The translations under genes were made by a program, and so were the position numbers. From the NCBI GenBank assembly GCA_963821525.1, contig CAWGED010000019.1, positions 1,024,001-1,088,000 on the forward strand: 64,000 nucleotides of DNA. Reading direction: 5' to 3'. Positions within the stretch are counted from its first letter, which is position 1. Each line of letters starts with the position of its first letter. Of this stretch, positions 52,790 through 62,360 are shown one piece after another. This DNA comes from an uncultured Gemmatimonadales bacterium (lineage in GTDB: Bacteria > Gemmatimonadota > Gemmatimonadetes > Gemmatimonadales > GWC2-71-9). The notes beneath the pieces were generated by a model, which saw nothing but the letters and a program-made list of their open reading frames with translations, searched no databases and had not been told where the DNA came from.

Positions 52790-53417
52790 CGATCCTGGCC
52801 TGAATCGCATCGAAGGATTCGGGCAGCGGATCGAGAGTAGCTCCTGCCGCAGCCGCTTCATGGTGGGTGACCAAGTCCAGAGCCAGCCCCCGCCCGGGCA
52901 TGGACTCGGCCCGCTGCAACGCCCCGGCTGAAGCGGCTCCCATCACCAGCCACGAGGGAATCGGACTCCCGCCTTCGCCCCCCGCGAATACCAGATCGAG
53001 TCCCCACTGGTCGGCCTGAACCGGAGAACGTCCCACCGAGGCGGTGACGTCGGCGATGAACAGCGCGCCGTTACGCCGAACAACCGGGGCGAGATCCGCC
53101 AGCGGCATCAGTTCGTCCTGTTCATCTTCCTGCTGGACCACGGCGACTGCTTCGAACGCCGGGCTCCGAAGAAACCGATCCAGCCACTCGGGTCGCATTG
53201 CCTGCCCCGGCGATACGCAGGCCCGGGCGACCTCCCTTCCACACGCCTCTCCAATTCTCGCGTAGTGCTCGGCGCGACTTCCTGCGACAACCATGAGCAT
53301 GCGCTGACGGACCAGGCTCCGCACCGCCAGCTCCATGAAGCGATCGACCGCACCCGGCAGGAGGATAACGGGCTGGGAGGTGCCGAGTAGCTCTCCGAAC
53401 TTCGAGGTGGAGGTCAC
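52770..53417 (-). CDS. Degenerate, short class V aminotransferase-like protein
   Basis: [21 protein letters not shown], but GGEGG replaces the usual GSQK. Confidence 0.7.
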   Translation of the reverse strand: MTSTSKFGELLGTSQPVILLPGAVDRFMELAVRSLVRQRMLMVVAGSRAEHYARIGEACGREVARACVSPGQAMRPEWLDRFLRSPAFEAVAVVQQEDEQDELMPLADLAPVVRRNGALFIADVTASVGRSPVQADQWGLDLVFAGGEGGSPIPSWLVMGAASAGALQRAESMPGRGLALDLVTHHEAAAAGATLDPLPESFDAIQARIVSALQP

Positions 53418-54076
53418 GCGGGCTCGAGCCAGGTGTCCAGCGTCCCTTCCGATACGATCTCCTCGGCTTTGACCAGCCGCACCCCCGCGTCTCCCCAATC
53501 CCGGAGCGCGTGCTCGCCCAACTCATAGCGTACCGCCTTTACGGCGTCGGTGACCACGAAGAGGCGAGCGTGGGGACGGCGAGCCAGCCAGCCCTCGACG
53601 ACGTGGCGGACACAGATCTCGAGCGGAAGCCCGTAAACCACCACAGCCTCGGGATCGAACGCGCGAACCACGGTATCGGTGTTGGGGTTGCTGAACACGT
53701 CGAAGTGACGCTTCAGAATCAACAAGTCGCCGGAGTGACGGCTCAGCCCGAGCCGCAGGACCTCGGGCTCCTGCCGTTCGAAGCCGATTGCCAGCGCATC
53801 GCGGAGCGTTGTCTCCGGGATCTTCTGCTGTCCCGGCGTTCCCCGGACACAGTGTGGCGGCCAGGTTGTTTCGAAGTCGGGCTGATCGCTGAACTCGGCA
53901 TCGCCGGGGAGATGTTCCTCGGCGCTGGCGACGATGCGAATCCCGTTGGCGCGGGCGTAATCGGTGAGCGCGGCCAGGCGGGGCACGATCGCCTCGGCCC
54001 GGGGGACGTGCAGCTTCCCGTCGGGAGAGATGAAGTCGTATTGGGTATCAACATCCCAGAAAAGGAGTCGGTTCAC
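53414..54076 (-). CDS. Isochorismatase/nicotinamidase family cysteine hydrolase
   Basis: DVDTQYDF, WPPHCVRGTPG, LK..FDVF and EICV. Confidence 0.9.
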   Translation of the reverse strand: MNRLLFWDVDTQYDFISPDGKLHVPRAEAIVPRLAALTDYARANGIRIVASAEEHLPGDAEFSDQPDFETTWPPHCVRGTPGQQKIPETTLRDALAIGFERQEPEVLRLGLSRHSGDLLILKRHFDVFSNPNTDTVVRAFDPEAVVVYGLPLEICVRHVVEGWLARRPHARLFVVTDAVKAVRYELGEHALRDWGDAGVRLVKAEEIVSEGTLDTWLEPA

Positions 54077-54762
54077 GGTGGGGTACTGTCCTCCTCCGAT
54101 GCGGCGCCAAACTTTTCGCGCCGGAACTGGTTCAGCGTCCGCCGCAGCTGGCGGGCTCCGCCGACGGTTGGATACAAGTCAATCAAGCGGCGCAACTCGG
54201 TCATGGCCCGACCCGGATCGGCCAGTCTGCGGTCGTAGAGCTCGACAAGGGCGAGGCCGATCTTGATGTCGTCCGCCGGCCGCAGCTGGCGGGTGTCGCG
54301 ATAGTTGTGCAGCTCGAGTACCGCCATCCCGGGATTGGAAAGCGGCCCTGCGAGAATCGCGGCGCGCCGCACCAGGGCTTCCGCGTCGCCGTTCTCCCGT
54401 CGTGAACGCTCCAGGTACTCGCCGGCGGCCGCATCGTACAGCCCCCGCGCTGCCAGCGTCTCGATGCTCGCGTAACTCGCCCGGTACCGGACGAGCCCGG
54501 CGTTCTGCAGGATCTCGGCGCACAAATCGGTCATCGGTTCCAGGAAGCCGTCGAGCAGGCCGAACACCAGGCCGTAGATCGCCCAGAAGGCGCCGAGCAG
54601 GAGAACCGCACGAGGGGTGACTCCGGTGACCCACAGCAATAGTGCGACGAGAGTCGCGAAGAGCAGAATCCCGCCGGCAGCGAGCCGGAGAAGACGGAAG
54701 GGATCCTGATCCTTGCTCGCGACGCGGGCGGAGAGCAGCGGAAGCATGCCGATGGCTGGCAC
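54073..54762 (-). CDS. Hypothetical membrane protein with TPR-like helical C-terminus
   Basis: Two TM helices, then Y...L.DPGRAM.ELRRLID.YP; overlaps the next gene. Confidence 0.7.
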   Translation of the reverse strand: MPAIGMLPLLSARVASKDQDPFRLLRLAAGGILLFATLVALLLWVTGVTPRAVLLLGAFWAIYGLVFGLLDGFLEPMTDLCAEILQNAGLVRYRASYASIETLAARGLYDAAAGEYLERSRRENGDAEALVRRAAILAGPLSNPGMAVLELHNYRDTRQLRPADDIKIGLALVELYDRRLADPGRAMTELRRLIDLYPTVGGARQLRRTLNQFRREKFGAASEEDSTPP

Positions 54763-54887
54763 AACTTAGGAGCGACGGGAGTGGTCGGCAAGCTTGCATT
54801 GAACGTCTCCGGCCCCGCGTTGTCGGCGATGAACAGAGGGCAGTACCTTATAATCCAGCACCGTCTCCCCTGTCCCACGGAGAGTTC

Positions 54888-55922
54888 GTGTCCGAGAGCG
54901 TTTCCCGGCGAGATTTCCTCGCCGCCTCCACCGCTATGCTCGCGCTCGGCCATGCACCGTCCACATTTCCAGGAGACGGGCCTCCCGCGATTCTTCGGGC
55001 TCGCGCCGCGCCGACGGTGGCAGTCTCCTCGTTTAACGGGCTAGCGGCTATTGCCAGGGCGGTCGAGCTGGCCGATTCCGGCGCCGACTCGCTCGACGCA
55101 GTGGTGGAGGGAATCAAGCTGCAGGAGCTCGATCCGGAGGATGAATCGGCCGGTTACGGTGGGCTGCCCAACGAGGAAGGCGTCGTACAGCTCGACGCAT
55201 CGTGCATCCACGGTCCTACCGGCCGGGCCGGAGCGGTCGCAGCGCTGGAGGGGATCAGGACGCCGAGTGAGGTGGCCAAGCTGGTCCTCAAGTACACGAA
55301 CCACACCCTGCTGGTCGGCCAGGGAGCGAAGCGGTTCGCGCTGTCCTACGGGTTCAAGGAGGAGGACCTGCTGACCGAGCGGTCGCGGCGAAAGTGGCTC
55401 ACGTGGCGGGCGAATCACGACGCACATGACGACTGGACCGAGGATGGGATGCTTGCGTCCGGGTCTCCTGGAGCCGTCTATCTCAGCGTGGTGAATACAG
55501 CTGGGGACATCGCATCCGCAACCAGCGCCAGTGGTCCGGCATGGAAGGCGCCCGGCTGTGCCGGGACCTCGCCTGTTGCTGGAGCGGTTCAATACGTGGA
55601 CAACGACGTGGGTGCCGCAGGGTCGAGCGGCTTGGGAGAACCCGGCATGATGGAGTGCGGCGGCTTCATCACGGTGGAGCACATGCGACGGGGGATGCGG
55701 CCCACCGATGCGGCTCTGGAGACGCTGAAACGCATTGTGGCGAAGGCTCCGGCCCGCTTCCTTATGCGCGGCGGTCTGCCCAGATTCTCGCTCACGCTTT
55801 ACGCCGTGAACAAACGCGGTGAATTCGGCGCTGCATCGCTGTATCCGGGCAGGTACGCCGCGCATGATGGGCGGCGAGCGGCGGAACGCGATTCGGCCTA
55901 CCTCTACGACAAGGCACTCTGA
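54888..55922 (+). CDS. Glycosylasparaginase (Ntn asparaginase type 2) homolog, Tat-exported, degenerate active site
   Basis: SRRDFL, GYGGLPNEEGVVQLDAS, HTLLVGQGA and YVDNDVGAA; catalytic positions are altered. Confidence 0.85.
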   Translation: MSESVSRRDFLAASTAMLALGHAPSTFPGDGPPAILRARAAPTVAVSSFNGLAAIARAVELADSGADSLDAVVEGIKLQELDPEDESAGYGGLPNEEGVVQLDASCIHGPTGRAGAVAALEGIRTPSEVAKLVLKYTNHTLLVGQGAKRFALSYGFKEEDLLTERSRRKWLTWRANHDAHDDWTEDGMLASGSPGAVYLSVVNTAGDIASATSASGPAWKAPGCAGTSPVAGAVQYVDNDVGAAGSSGLGEPGMMECGGFITVEHMRRGMRPTDAALETLKRIVAKAPARFLMRGGLPRFSLTLYAVNKRGEFGAASLYPGRYAAHDGRRAAERDSAYLYDKAL

Positions 55923-57070
55923 TGCGGCGTATCTCGCGGGCAACACTCTGGGCGGTGGTTGTTTTCGCCGTCCCTCTGGCGGCCCAGGAGAGCAAGAACA
56001 CCGCCCCATGGAAGGACAGTTTCTACCCGCTGTTCATTTCGCAGGCCAACGAGTTCCCTATTGTCGTGGTCCACTTCGAGGAGCGGAAGCAGGCCGACTA
56101 CTTCGCCCGGTCGCCATTCGCCGGCCGGTTCCAGGTTGACATCGGCGGGGGAACGAAGGGCAGCCATTTCGCGCTGGTCGGATTCGATGCGCCGCTCCTG
56201 TGGAAGGACTGGCGATTCGCGGCCCGGGCCGGAGCGGCGAAGGCCGCGCGCTTCGGCTATTTCGGGCTGGGTAACAACACCAAATTCATAGAAGACTCGG
56301 TCGACGACGATACCTCGCCGTTTTTCTATCGCATGAAGCGGAATCGTTACTTCGGCTCGGCCGAAATCAGCCGCCATATCCATGGTCCGTTCTATATCGC
56401 CGCCGCCGCGGATGTGGAGCACAGCATTCTGACCGACCTGCCGGAGAACTCCCTCTTCCGCCAGGACTTCGGGACCGGCGATGTGACCGATACGGATGTC
56501 AGGGGCCGGCTCACCCTCGTGCTCGATACCCGAGACAATGAGTTCGATACCAAGAAGGGCGTCTTCGCGGAGGCGTCGGTGCAGGAAGGAAGCGGCGGCG
56601 ATGGATACACCCGCTTTACCGGGGCGGTGCGAGGCTACGTACCGATCCGGGAAGGCACGACCCTCGCCGCGCGAGTCGCCGGGACGGGAATAACCGGTGA
56701 TCCGCCGCTCAACGCCTTGTTCGAGATCCCGATCTGGGGCGTCAACGTAATCCAGGCGGTGGGTGGCGTGAACTCAAACCGGGGTTACGATTTCCAACGA
56801 CTGACCGGAGAGGACGCTCTCATCTTCAACGCCGAGATTCGGCACGACTTGCTCAACCTTGGCGATTTCGGCGCATTCACGCTGGTCGGGTTCTTCGATG
56901 CCGGCCGCGTGTTCCAGGGCGAGCCGTTCAAATTGACCACCGAGGATATGAAAGTCGGGGGCGGAGGCGGGTTGGCGATTCGGGTGCTCCGGTTCACGAT
57001 CTGGACCTTTAACTTCGCGGGCGGCTCCGACGGCTTCAAGTTTACCGCTGGAACCGGATGGGCCTTCTAG
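55922..57070 (+). CDS. BamA/TamA (Omp85) family barrel protein without recognisable POTRA domains
   Basis: Signal peptide, LDTRDN, GG...NRGY, FNAEIR, FFDAGRVF and terminal GWAF. Confidence 0.82.
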   Translation: MRRISRATLWAVVVFAVPLAAQESKNTAPWKDSFYPLFISQANEFPIVVVHFEERKQADYFARSPFAGRFQVDIGGGTKGSHFALVGFDAPLLWKDWRFAARAGAAKAARFGYFGLGNNTKFIEDSVDDDTSPFFYRMKRNRYFGSAEISRHIHGPFYIAAAADVEHSILTDLPENSLFRQDFGTGDVTDTDVRGRLTLVLDTRDNEFDTKKGVFAEASVQEGSGGDGYTRFTGAVRGYVPIREGTTLAARVAGTGITGDPPLNALFEIPIWGVNVIQAVGGVNSNRGYDFQRLTGEDALIFNAEIRHDLLNLGDFGAFTLVGFFDAGRVFQGEPFKLTTEDMKVGGGGGLAIRVLRFTIWTFNFAGGSDGFKFTAGTGWAF

Positions 57071-57096
57071 TCCGCGAGTCGCAGGATTGGCAGCTT

Positions 57097-57732
57097 ATGA
57101 CCGCACCACGAAGCCCCCGCGACAGTAAGGCGACCCGGGAGCGCCTGCTACGGGCGGCGCTCGATCTCTTCACCACCGACGGGTTCCAGGGGACCACCAC
57201 CCCGACGCTCGCCTCGCGGGCTGGTATCGCTGAAGGAACCATCTACCGGCACTTCGCGAGCAAAGAGATCCTCTACAACGAAGCATACCGGGAGAGCCAG
57301 CGCTGGCTGGCGGGTTTGGTACGCGAAGTGGAGCATGAGCGGGGCTCGAAGACGCCGGAGCGACTGGCCCGGCTGGGCCGACGGCTCGTGGTCGCCGCGG
57401 CAGAAGATCCGGCCAAGGTCCGGATGGCACTCACGCCGCGCGACGCCCGATTCCTTGATGGACACAGCCGAGAGACTGCCCGGGAATTCCGCGAGTCGCT
57501 TCAGCACCTGGTGGCGACCGGCAAGTCGGACGGGCTGGTTCGTGCGGGGCCGGCCGATTTGTGGGGCGCGGTCTGGCTTGCGCTGATCAGCTTCGCGGCG
57601 GAACGGGTGAGCTCGAGAGAATGGGCGCCCGACCATCCTCAGGTCGGGCAGACGATCGAAGCGGCGTGGGAGGCTATTGCGGCCCGAAGTACGTCAGCTC
57701 GCGCGGATGCTCCAGTTGCTTCGACCATCTGA
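57097..57732 (+). CDS. TetR/AcrR family regulator
   Basis: TRERLLRAALDLF...GIAEGTIYRHFASKE. Confidence 0.93.
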   Translation: MTAPRSPRDSKATRERLLRAALDLFTTDGFQGTTTPTLASRAGIAEGTIYRHFASKEILYNEAYRESQRWLAGLVREVEHERGSKTPERLARLGRRLVVAAAEDPAKVRMALTPRDARFLDGHSRETAREFRESLQHLVATGKSDGLVRAGPADLWGAVWLALISFAAERVSSREWAPDHPQVGQTIEAAWEAIAARSTSARADAPVASTI

Positions 57733-58480
57733 GCGCGCGCGTCATCCCCCCTCCCAGCGGGCGCACGACGAACTGGTCTCCCACGCGATAAGCGACGGAG
57801 TCGCTGCCCCAGCGAAGCGGCTCGGTCCCGGCTGAATCGAGCGGCTGTGACTCGCCGCCCAGACGGATACAAAGACCACCGCCACCCTCGCAGCTGACCA
57901 CCTCGCCGGCGACGGGGTCACCCACCAGCACCGCGAGCGCCGAGTCCCCTGCTCCTCGCGCCTGCCCTTCCAATGCAGTGACGGACGGACTCCCTGGAGG
58001 AGCAGCGGCGGCCAGGACTCCGGTCGCCATCTTCACGTAGACCGTTCGAGAGTCAGGAGACCACGCGAGTCCCTCAGGCTCGGCACCGCCCGGCTCGGTC
58101 ACGCGGCGCTCGGCGCCGTTGATCAGGTTCATGACCCAGACCGCGGCGGCGGCGCCGTCTCCCCGAACGAACGCGAGCATGGACCCGTCAGGATTGAGCC
58201 GCGGCAGGTGCTCGTTGAGCCGGGTAAAGGTCACCTGGAACACCGCACCACCACCAACCGGAGAGGCGAAAAGATCTCCGGTATCACCTTCCCCTTCGGC
58301 CGTGAAGACGACGTAGGGCTCCTGGCCGATCTTGAGCTTGTGGGAGAGGGGTGACAGTGAGCCGGTACAGGCGCGCAATCGGGAAAGAGCGTAAGAGGTG
58401 AGAAGTAGAAGTGAGAAGGTGAAAGCGGCGGAACCCTGCTCAGCGACGTGCGGGATTGGCGTACCCGTCTCACTGCTCAC
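57674..58480 (-). CDS. TolB/PD40-like putative lipoprotein; start uncertain
   Basis: PRLNPDGSMLAF and LAWSPDS repeats; AC lipobox candidate. Confidence 0.7.
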   Translation of the reverse strand: MSSETGTPIPHVAEQGSAAFTFSLLLLTSYALSRLRACTGSLSPLSHKLKIGQEPYVVFTAEGEGDTGDLFASPVGGGAVFQVTFTRLNEHLPRLNPDGSMLAFVRGDGAAAAVWVMNLINGAERRVTEPGGAEPEGLAWSPDSRTVYVKMATGVLAAAAPPGSPSVTALEGQARGAGDSALAVLVGDPVAGEVVSCEGGGGLCIRLGGESQPLDSAGTEPLRWGSDSVAYRVGDQFVVRPLGGGMTRALRWSKQLEHPRELTYFGPQ

Positions 58481-58494
58481 CGCTCACCGCTTAC
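58391..58494. repeat. Opposed 7-nt arrays (GTGAGAA-type and CGCTCAC-type)
   Basis: gtaagag gtgagaa gtagaa gtgagaa ... tctcac tgctcac cgctcac cgcttac. Confidence 0.78.
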
Positions 58495-58503
58495 TTGCTC
58501 TCG

Positions 58504-60081
58504 CTAGACTCGGACTAGCCACCAGCCATTCGGATCAACCACCACTTGCTTCGGTTGCGACTTCACCGACTGCAGAGTGACTCGAGTCTCCCGACCCTCC
58601 ACTTTCACCGGGTAGATCTTGCCGTCCACGGCGATGTCGAGATTGGGAAGGCGGTAGAGTCCCCAGGAGTCCTTCTGCTTCTGGGTAATCACAAGATCCA
58701 GCGCTTTCCCGTGGTGCTTCCACTGGAGGTCGAGAATCGGATAGCCCGGTTGGGTGAGAGCCTGGGTGAAATACCAGGTGAGTGAAGTTCCCGCGGCCGC
58801 GTCCATCACCGCGGCAAACTGGCTCGAGAGGGCAGTACTGTCTCGATAGGTCTTGTAGTACTCCCTCATCCCCTTGAAGAACGCCGAGTCGCCGATTAGC
58901 CCGCGCAGAGAGTGGAGAACCCACGCTCCCTTGGGGTAGTTGTTGGTGTTGAGCAGCCCCATCAGGTCGGTCGCAGCCGGATCGATGATGGGACGCTCGA
59001 GCGTCGCGGTATCCGCGAAGACCGCCTCGGCACCTTCTCGCATAGCGGCGCGAAAGGCGCTGTCGCCATCGGCATGGCCCAGCCAGAGTGCCGCGAAGTA
59101 GGTGGCGAAGCCTTCCGACAGCCAGAGATGATGCCAATCGCTCTCCGTGACCGCGTCACCGAACCATTGGTGGGCGGTCTCATGGGCTACAGTTTCCTCC
59201 CTCAACTTCTTTTCGCTGTACGCCTTGTCGGGGTAGAAGATCGCGGTGGGGTTTTCCATGCCACCGAAGATCGTGGTGGACTCCACATGAGAGAGACGGT
59301 CGTAGGGAAACGGTCCTACCGTCTCGCTGAAGTAGTCGATCATGTCCCCCACGCGGTGGAACGGCCCCGTAACCGACCAGGCGGAATCCTCCGGATAGGT
59401 CACCACCGCGAGGGGAACGCAGCGGATCCTGCATCCTCCATCCGGCAACGTCGTAGTTGCGAGCGGACCGGCACCGACGACCATTCCGTACACCGGTATG
59501 GGTTGCTTCATGCTGAAATTCCACACGCTCCGGCCCCGCGGCAGCGAGTCAATCCTTACCAGCACTCCGTTAGCGATGACTTTCATGCCGGGCGGTACCT
59601 CGACATGAAAATCCACCGTCGCCTTATCGCTCGGGTGATCCTGAGACGGCAGCCATTTGTGGGCTCGGTCCGGCCAGTTATCGGCGAAGATGACCCGCTT
59701 GCCATACTGATTGGTGCCGATGATGAGACCGTCTTTCACCGGCCCGTGATAGCGGACCATCGAGATCAGCGAATCTCCGGCCGCCTTGTCGTGCGGGAGA
59801 TAGATGCCGTCCGCTTCCCGCGCATAGGTGGTGCGCGAGAGCCGGGTGTTCTCCTTGCCGTCGGCGAGGACACGAACCACTCGCAGGGCGGTATCGAGCT
59901 CGATCTCGAGCGGCTCATTGGAGCCGAGGCGCCAGGTCGTCTGCACCTGGCCCAGGATATGGGTGCTCGTATCGCCCAGTACCAGTGTCACGTCATAGTG
60001 CAGGGCATCGTGAACCGGCCGAATGGTGTCGGGCCGGACGGCGAGCGGATCCTGCAGGGCCAGCAGGAGTGTCAGCAGCAT
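58504..60081 (-). CDS. M1 family aminopeptidase
   Basis: GGMEN, HETAHQWFG (HExxH), WLSEGFATY and YPKGA. Confidence 0.93.
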   Translation of the reverse strand: MLLTLLLALQDPLAVRPDTIRPVHDALHYDVTLVLGDTSTHILGQVQTTWRLGSNEPLEIELDTALRVVRVLADGKENTRLSRTTYAREADGIYLPHDKAAGDSLISMVRYHGPVKDGLIIGTNQYGKRVIFADNWPDRAHKWLPSQDHPSDKATVDFHVEVPPGMKVIANGVLVRIDSLPRGRSVWNFSMKQPIPVYGMVVGAGPLATTTLPDGGCRIRCVPLAVVTYPEDSAWSVTGPFHRVGDMIDYFSETVGPFPYDRLSHVESTTIFGGMENPTAIFYPDKAYSEKKLREETVAHETAHQWFGDAVTESDWHHLWLSEGFATYFAALWLGHADGDSAFRAAMREGAEAVFADTATLERPIIDPAATDLMGLLNTNNYPKGAWVLHSLRGLIGDSAFFKGMREYYKTYRDSTALSSQFAAVMDAAAGTSLTWYFTQALTQPGYPILDLQWKHHGKALDLVITQKQKDSWGLYRLPNLDIAVDGKIYPVKVEGRETRVTLQSVKSQPKQVVVDPNGWWLVRV

Positions 60082-60097
60082 CGGTGCGGGCTCCGGG

Positions 60098-60391
60098 CTA
60101 CGCTTCGATATCGACGGCCAGCTTGGCTTCGCGGATCGCTTCGAGGTGTTCGGCAACAACGCGGCGATGAACCGGATGGACGAGGTAGCGCTCCAGCGCC
60201 TCCAGGTCATCGAACGCAACGCTCAGAACATAGGGGTACTCGGCATTGCTGGGGCCCAGATTGGCGCCCCAGCGGATGTCGCGAATTTCCGGAATCGGGC
60301 CTTTCATCTCGAGCAACGCCGCGGCAAGCGCCGCGATGGGCTCCGCAGCAGTGCCGGGCTTGAACCGGAGCAGCACCTGATGAAGGATCAT
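60098..60391 (-). CDS. Dabb (stress-responsive A/B barrel) protein
   Basis: MILHQVLLRFK, IP.I and Y..HP.H. Confidence 0.88.
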   Translation of the reverse strand: MILHQVLLRFKPGTAAEPIAALAAALLEMKGPIPEIRDIRWGANLGPSNAEYPYVLSVAFDDLEALERYLVHPVHRRVVAEHLEAIREAKLAVDIEA

Positions 60392-60397
60392 GAGGTG

Positions 60398-61196
60398 CTA
60401 CTTGCCCAGCACTTCCTGGTAGAACCCCAGGATATCCGCCCACGCCTTGTCCACCGACGGGCTCTCCGAGCCCATCCGTCCCGGCTTGAGGAACCCGTGG
60501 CCGGTACCGGGATATTTCTTGTAACGGAAGGATTTCTTGGCTGCGTTCATCTGGCGCTCGACATCCGGCAATGACGCATCAATGCGCGCGTCGTCCTCTC
60601 CGTAAACGCCCAGCACGTGGGCTCCAATAGCGCGGATGGCGGTCGAATCGGGCGGCGGTCCGTAACAGACTACCGCGGCCTTGAGATTGCGATTCGCAGT
60701 GGCATAGGCGAACGATCGCCCCCCACCCCAGCAGAACCCTATCGTGCCGATGTCATCCGACCGGACCGACGGAAGGGATCCGAGGTATTTGTAGGCCGCA
60801 TCGAGATCGCCGTTCACCTGATCGGGAGCCAGAAGGGCCGTCAACTTGCGTCCCGAATCCGGGTCAGCAGGACTGGCTCCGAAGCGGGGAGAGAGAAGAT
60901 CCGGGACCACCGCGACATAACCGGCGCCTGCCAGCTTGTCCGCCACGGTGGGTTCCCAATCGGTCAGACCAAAGATTTCATGTATCACGATGATCGCGGG
61001 CGCCTTGTCCTTGCGCTCCGGATACGCCACATAGGCTCGAATCGAATCGCCGGCCGCGTTGGTGAACTTGACCCATTCACCGTGCGTCGTCGGCAAGCTG
61101 CCGTGACACGCCGGTCGCAAGCTTCCAGCCGCCCAGCAGGCCCGCGAGGAGACCTGCGGCAGCGATCGCTCCAGTAGTCGCCCATCTCGAACGCAT
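60398..61196 (-). CDS. Dienelactone hydrolase family protein (signal peptide frameshifted near 61100)
   Basis: IHEIFGL, GFCWGG, GEDD and GHGF; upstream ATG 61196 with SD encodes a signal-like peptide in another frame. Confidence 0.87.
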
Positions 61197-61218
61197 ACCT
61201 TTCCCCCTTCGGTTGTCG

Positions 61219-62304
61219 TTACTCGGCATATACACCTTCCAAGGCCGACTCGGGAGGAGGCAGCCTGTCCCGGTCGGCCAAGGCCTCTTCCGTCGCGGCT
61301 TCGACCGTTGCCGTAGCCTTCACCTCGATGCTCTCCAGCTCTGTGGATGGCACGCTTTGCTGGAGCAGCCAGCTCTCGTAGAGACCAATCGGATCCCGTT
61401 TACCCCAGTACTCGAACAGCTCGGCCGGGAAGGTGGCGCGAGCCTCCCGTTCATCGTGTGTCGCGTGCCCGCCCATCCGGAAGGTTTCGGCAAGCAGCAT
61501 CACGGGACCTTCACCGCGACGGCAAGCCTCCACGGCGAGTTTGGTCGCGGCAAAGGCATCGAGCACGTTGTTGCCATCGAAGGCCCAGCCCGCCATCCCG
61601 TAAGCGCCGGGCCAGCCCTCGAAGCTCTCGGCCGCATGGTGCTGATCCAGACGAGTTCCCAGCGCCACCTGATTGTTCTGAATGATGAAGACCACGGGCG
61701 CCCGCTGCACCGCCGCGAAGTTGAGCCCTTCGTGGGCCACACCCGCCTTGGCGGATCCGTCGCCGACCCAGGTGACGGTAACCGCCGACTCTCCCCGCAT
61801 CTTCGCCGCGAGCGCGATCCCCACACACACCGGCACCATGACCCCGACCGGAGAGATCGGCGGGATCACGTGATGCGGCATCGAGCCAATGTGCAGATCG
61901 CGGCCGCGTGATGGACCGTTGGCTGCCGCGAGATAGCCTCGGAAGACGTCGCCGATCGGCATGCCCATGTCTCCGCACGCGGATTGGTTGCGGATCATCG
62001 GAGCGACGTAGTCAATCGCGGGGTCCAGGGCGAAGACGGGACCGACGGTGGAAGCCTCTTCCCCGGTGCCCAACCAGGCCTTCGAGATCACACCCTGCCG
62101 AACCCACCGCGACAGAGCGATGTCCTGCAGCCGAGCCAGCAGCAGGCGCTCGTAGAGCAGGAGAAAAGCGTCCCGAGGGAGGGTCGCGATCAAGTCCCGA
62201 CGGTCGGGATCCCGCTCGATCGTCTTGCCGAATTCCTGAAGCAGCGCCGGATCAGCGGACCAGGAGACGTATTCGGGGGGATCGAAGGCGGGATAGCGTT
62301 TCAT
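61219..62304 (-). CDS. TPP-dependent dehydrogenase E1 alpha subunit
   Basis: G.GEEA, GDG...NN TPP motif, DGNN, RMGGH and DPI. Confidence 0.9.
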   Translation of the reverse strand: MKRYPAFDPPEYVSWSADPALLQEFGKTIERDPDRRDLIATLPRDAFLLLYERLLLARLQDIALSRWVRQGVISKAWLGTGEEASTVGPVFALDPAIDYVAPMIRNQSACGDMGMPIGDVFRGYLAAANGPSRGRDLHIGSMPHHVIPPISPVGVMVPVCVGIALAAKMRGESAVTVTWVGDGSAKAGVAHEGLNFAAVQRAPVVFIIQNNQVALGTRLDQHHAAESFEGWPGAYGMAGWAFDGNNVLDAFAATKLAVEACRRGEGPVMLLAETFRMGGHATHDEREARATFPAELFEYWGKRDPIGLYESWLLQQSVPSTELESIEVKATATVEAATEEALADRDRLPPPESALEGVYAE

Positions 62305-62307
62305 GAA

Positions 62308-62360
62308 GTAAGCGGTGAGCAGTGAGCGGTGAGCGGGGCGCTTACCGCTAACCCTCTCAC
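62308..62360. repeat. Opposed 7-nt arrays (GTGAGCG x4, then CGCTTAC-type)
   Basis: gtaagcg gtgagca gtgagcg gtgagcg ggg cgcttac cgctaac cctctcac. Confidence 0.82.

Noticed and set aside
54849..54854. TATAAT promoter for the asparaginase homolog
   Set aside because: There is no recognisable -35 at 16-18 nt spacing. It is plausible but not supportable as a feature.
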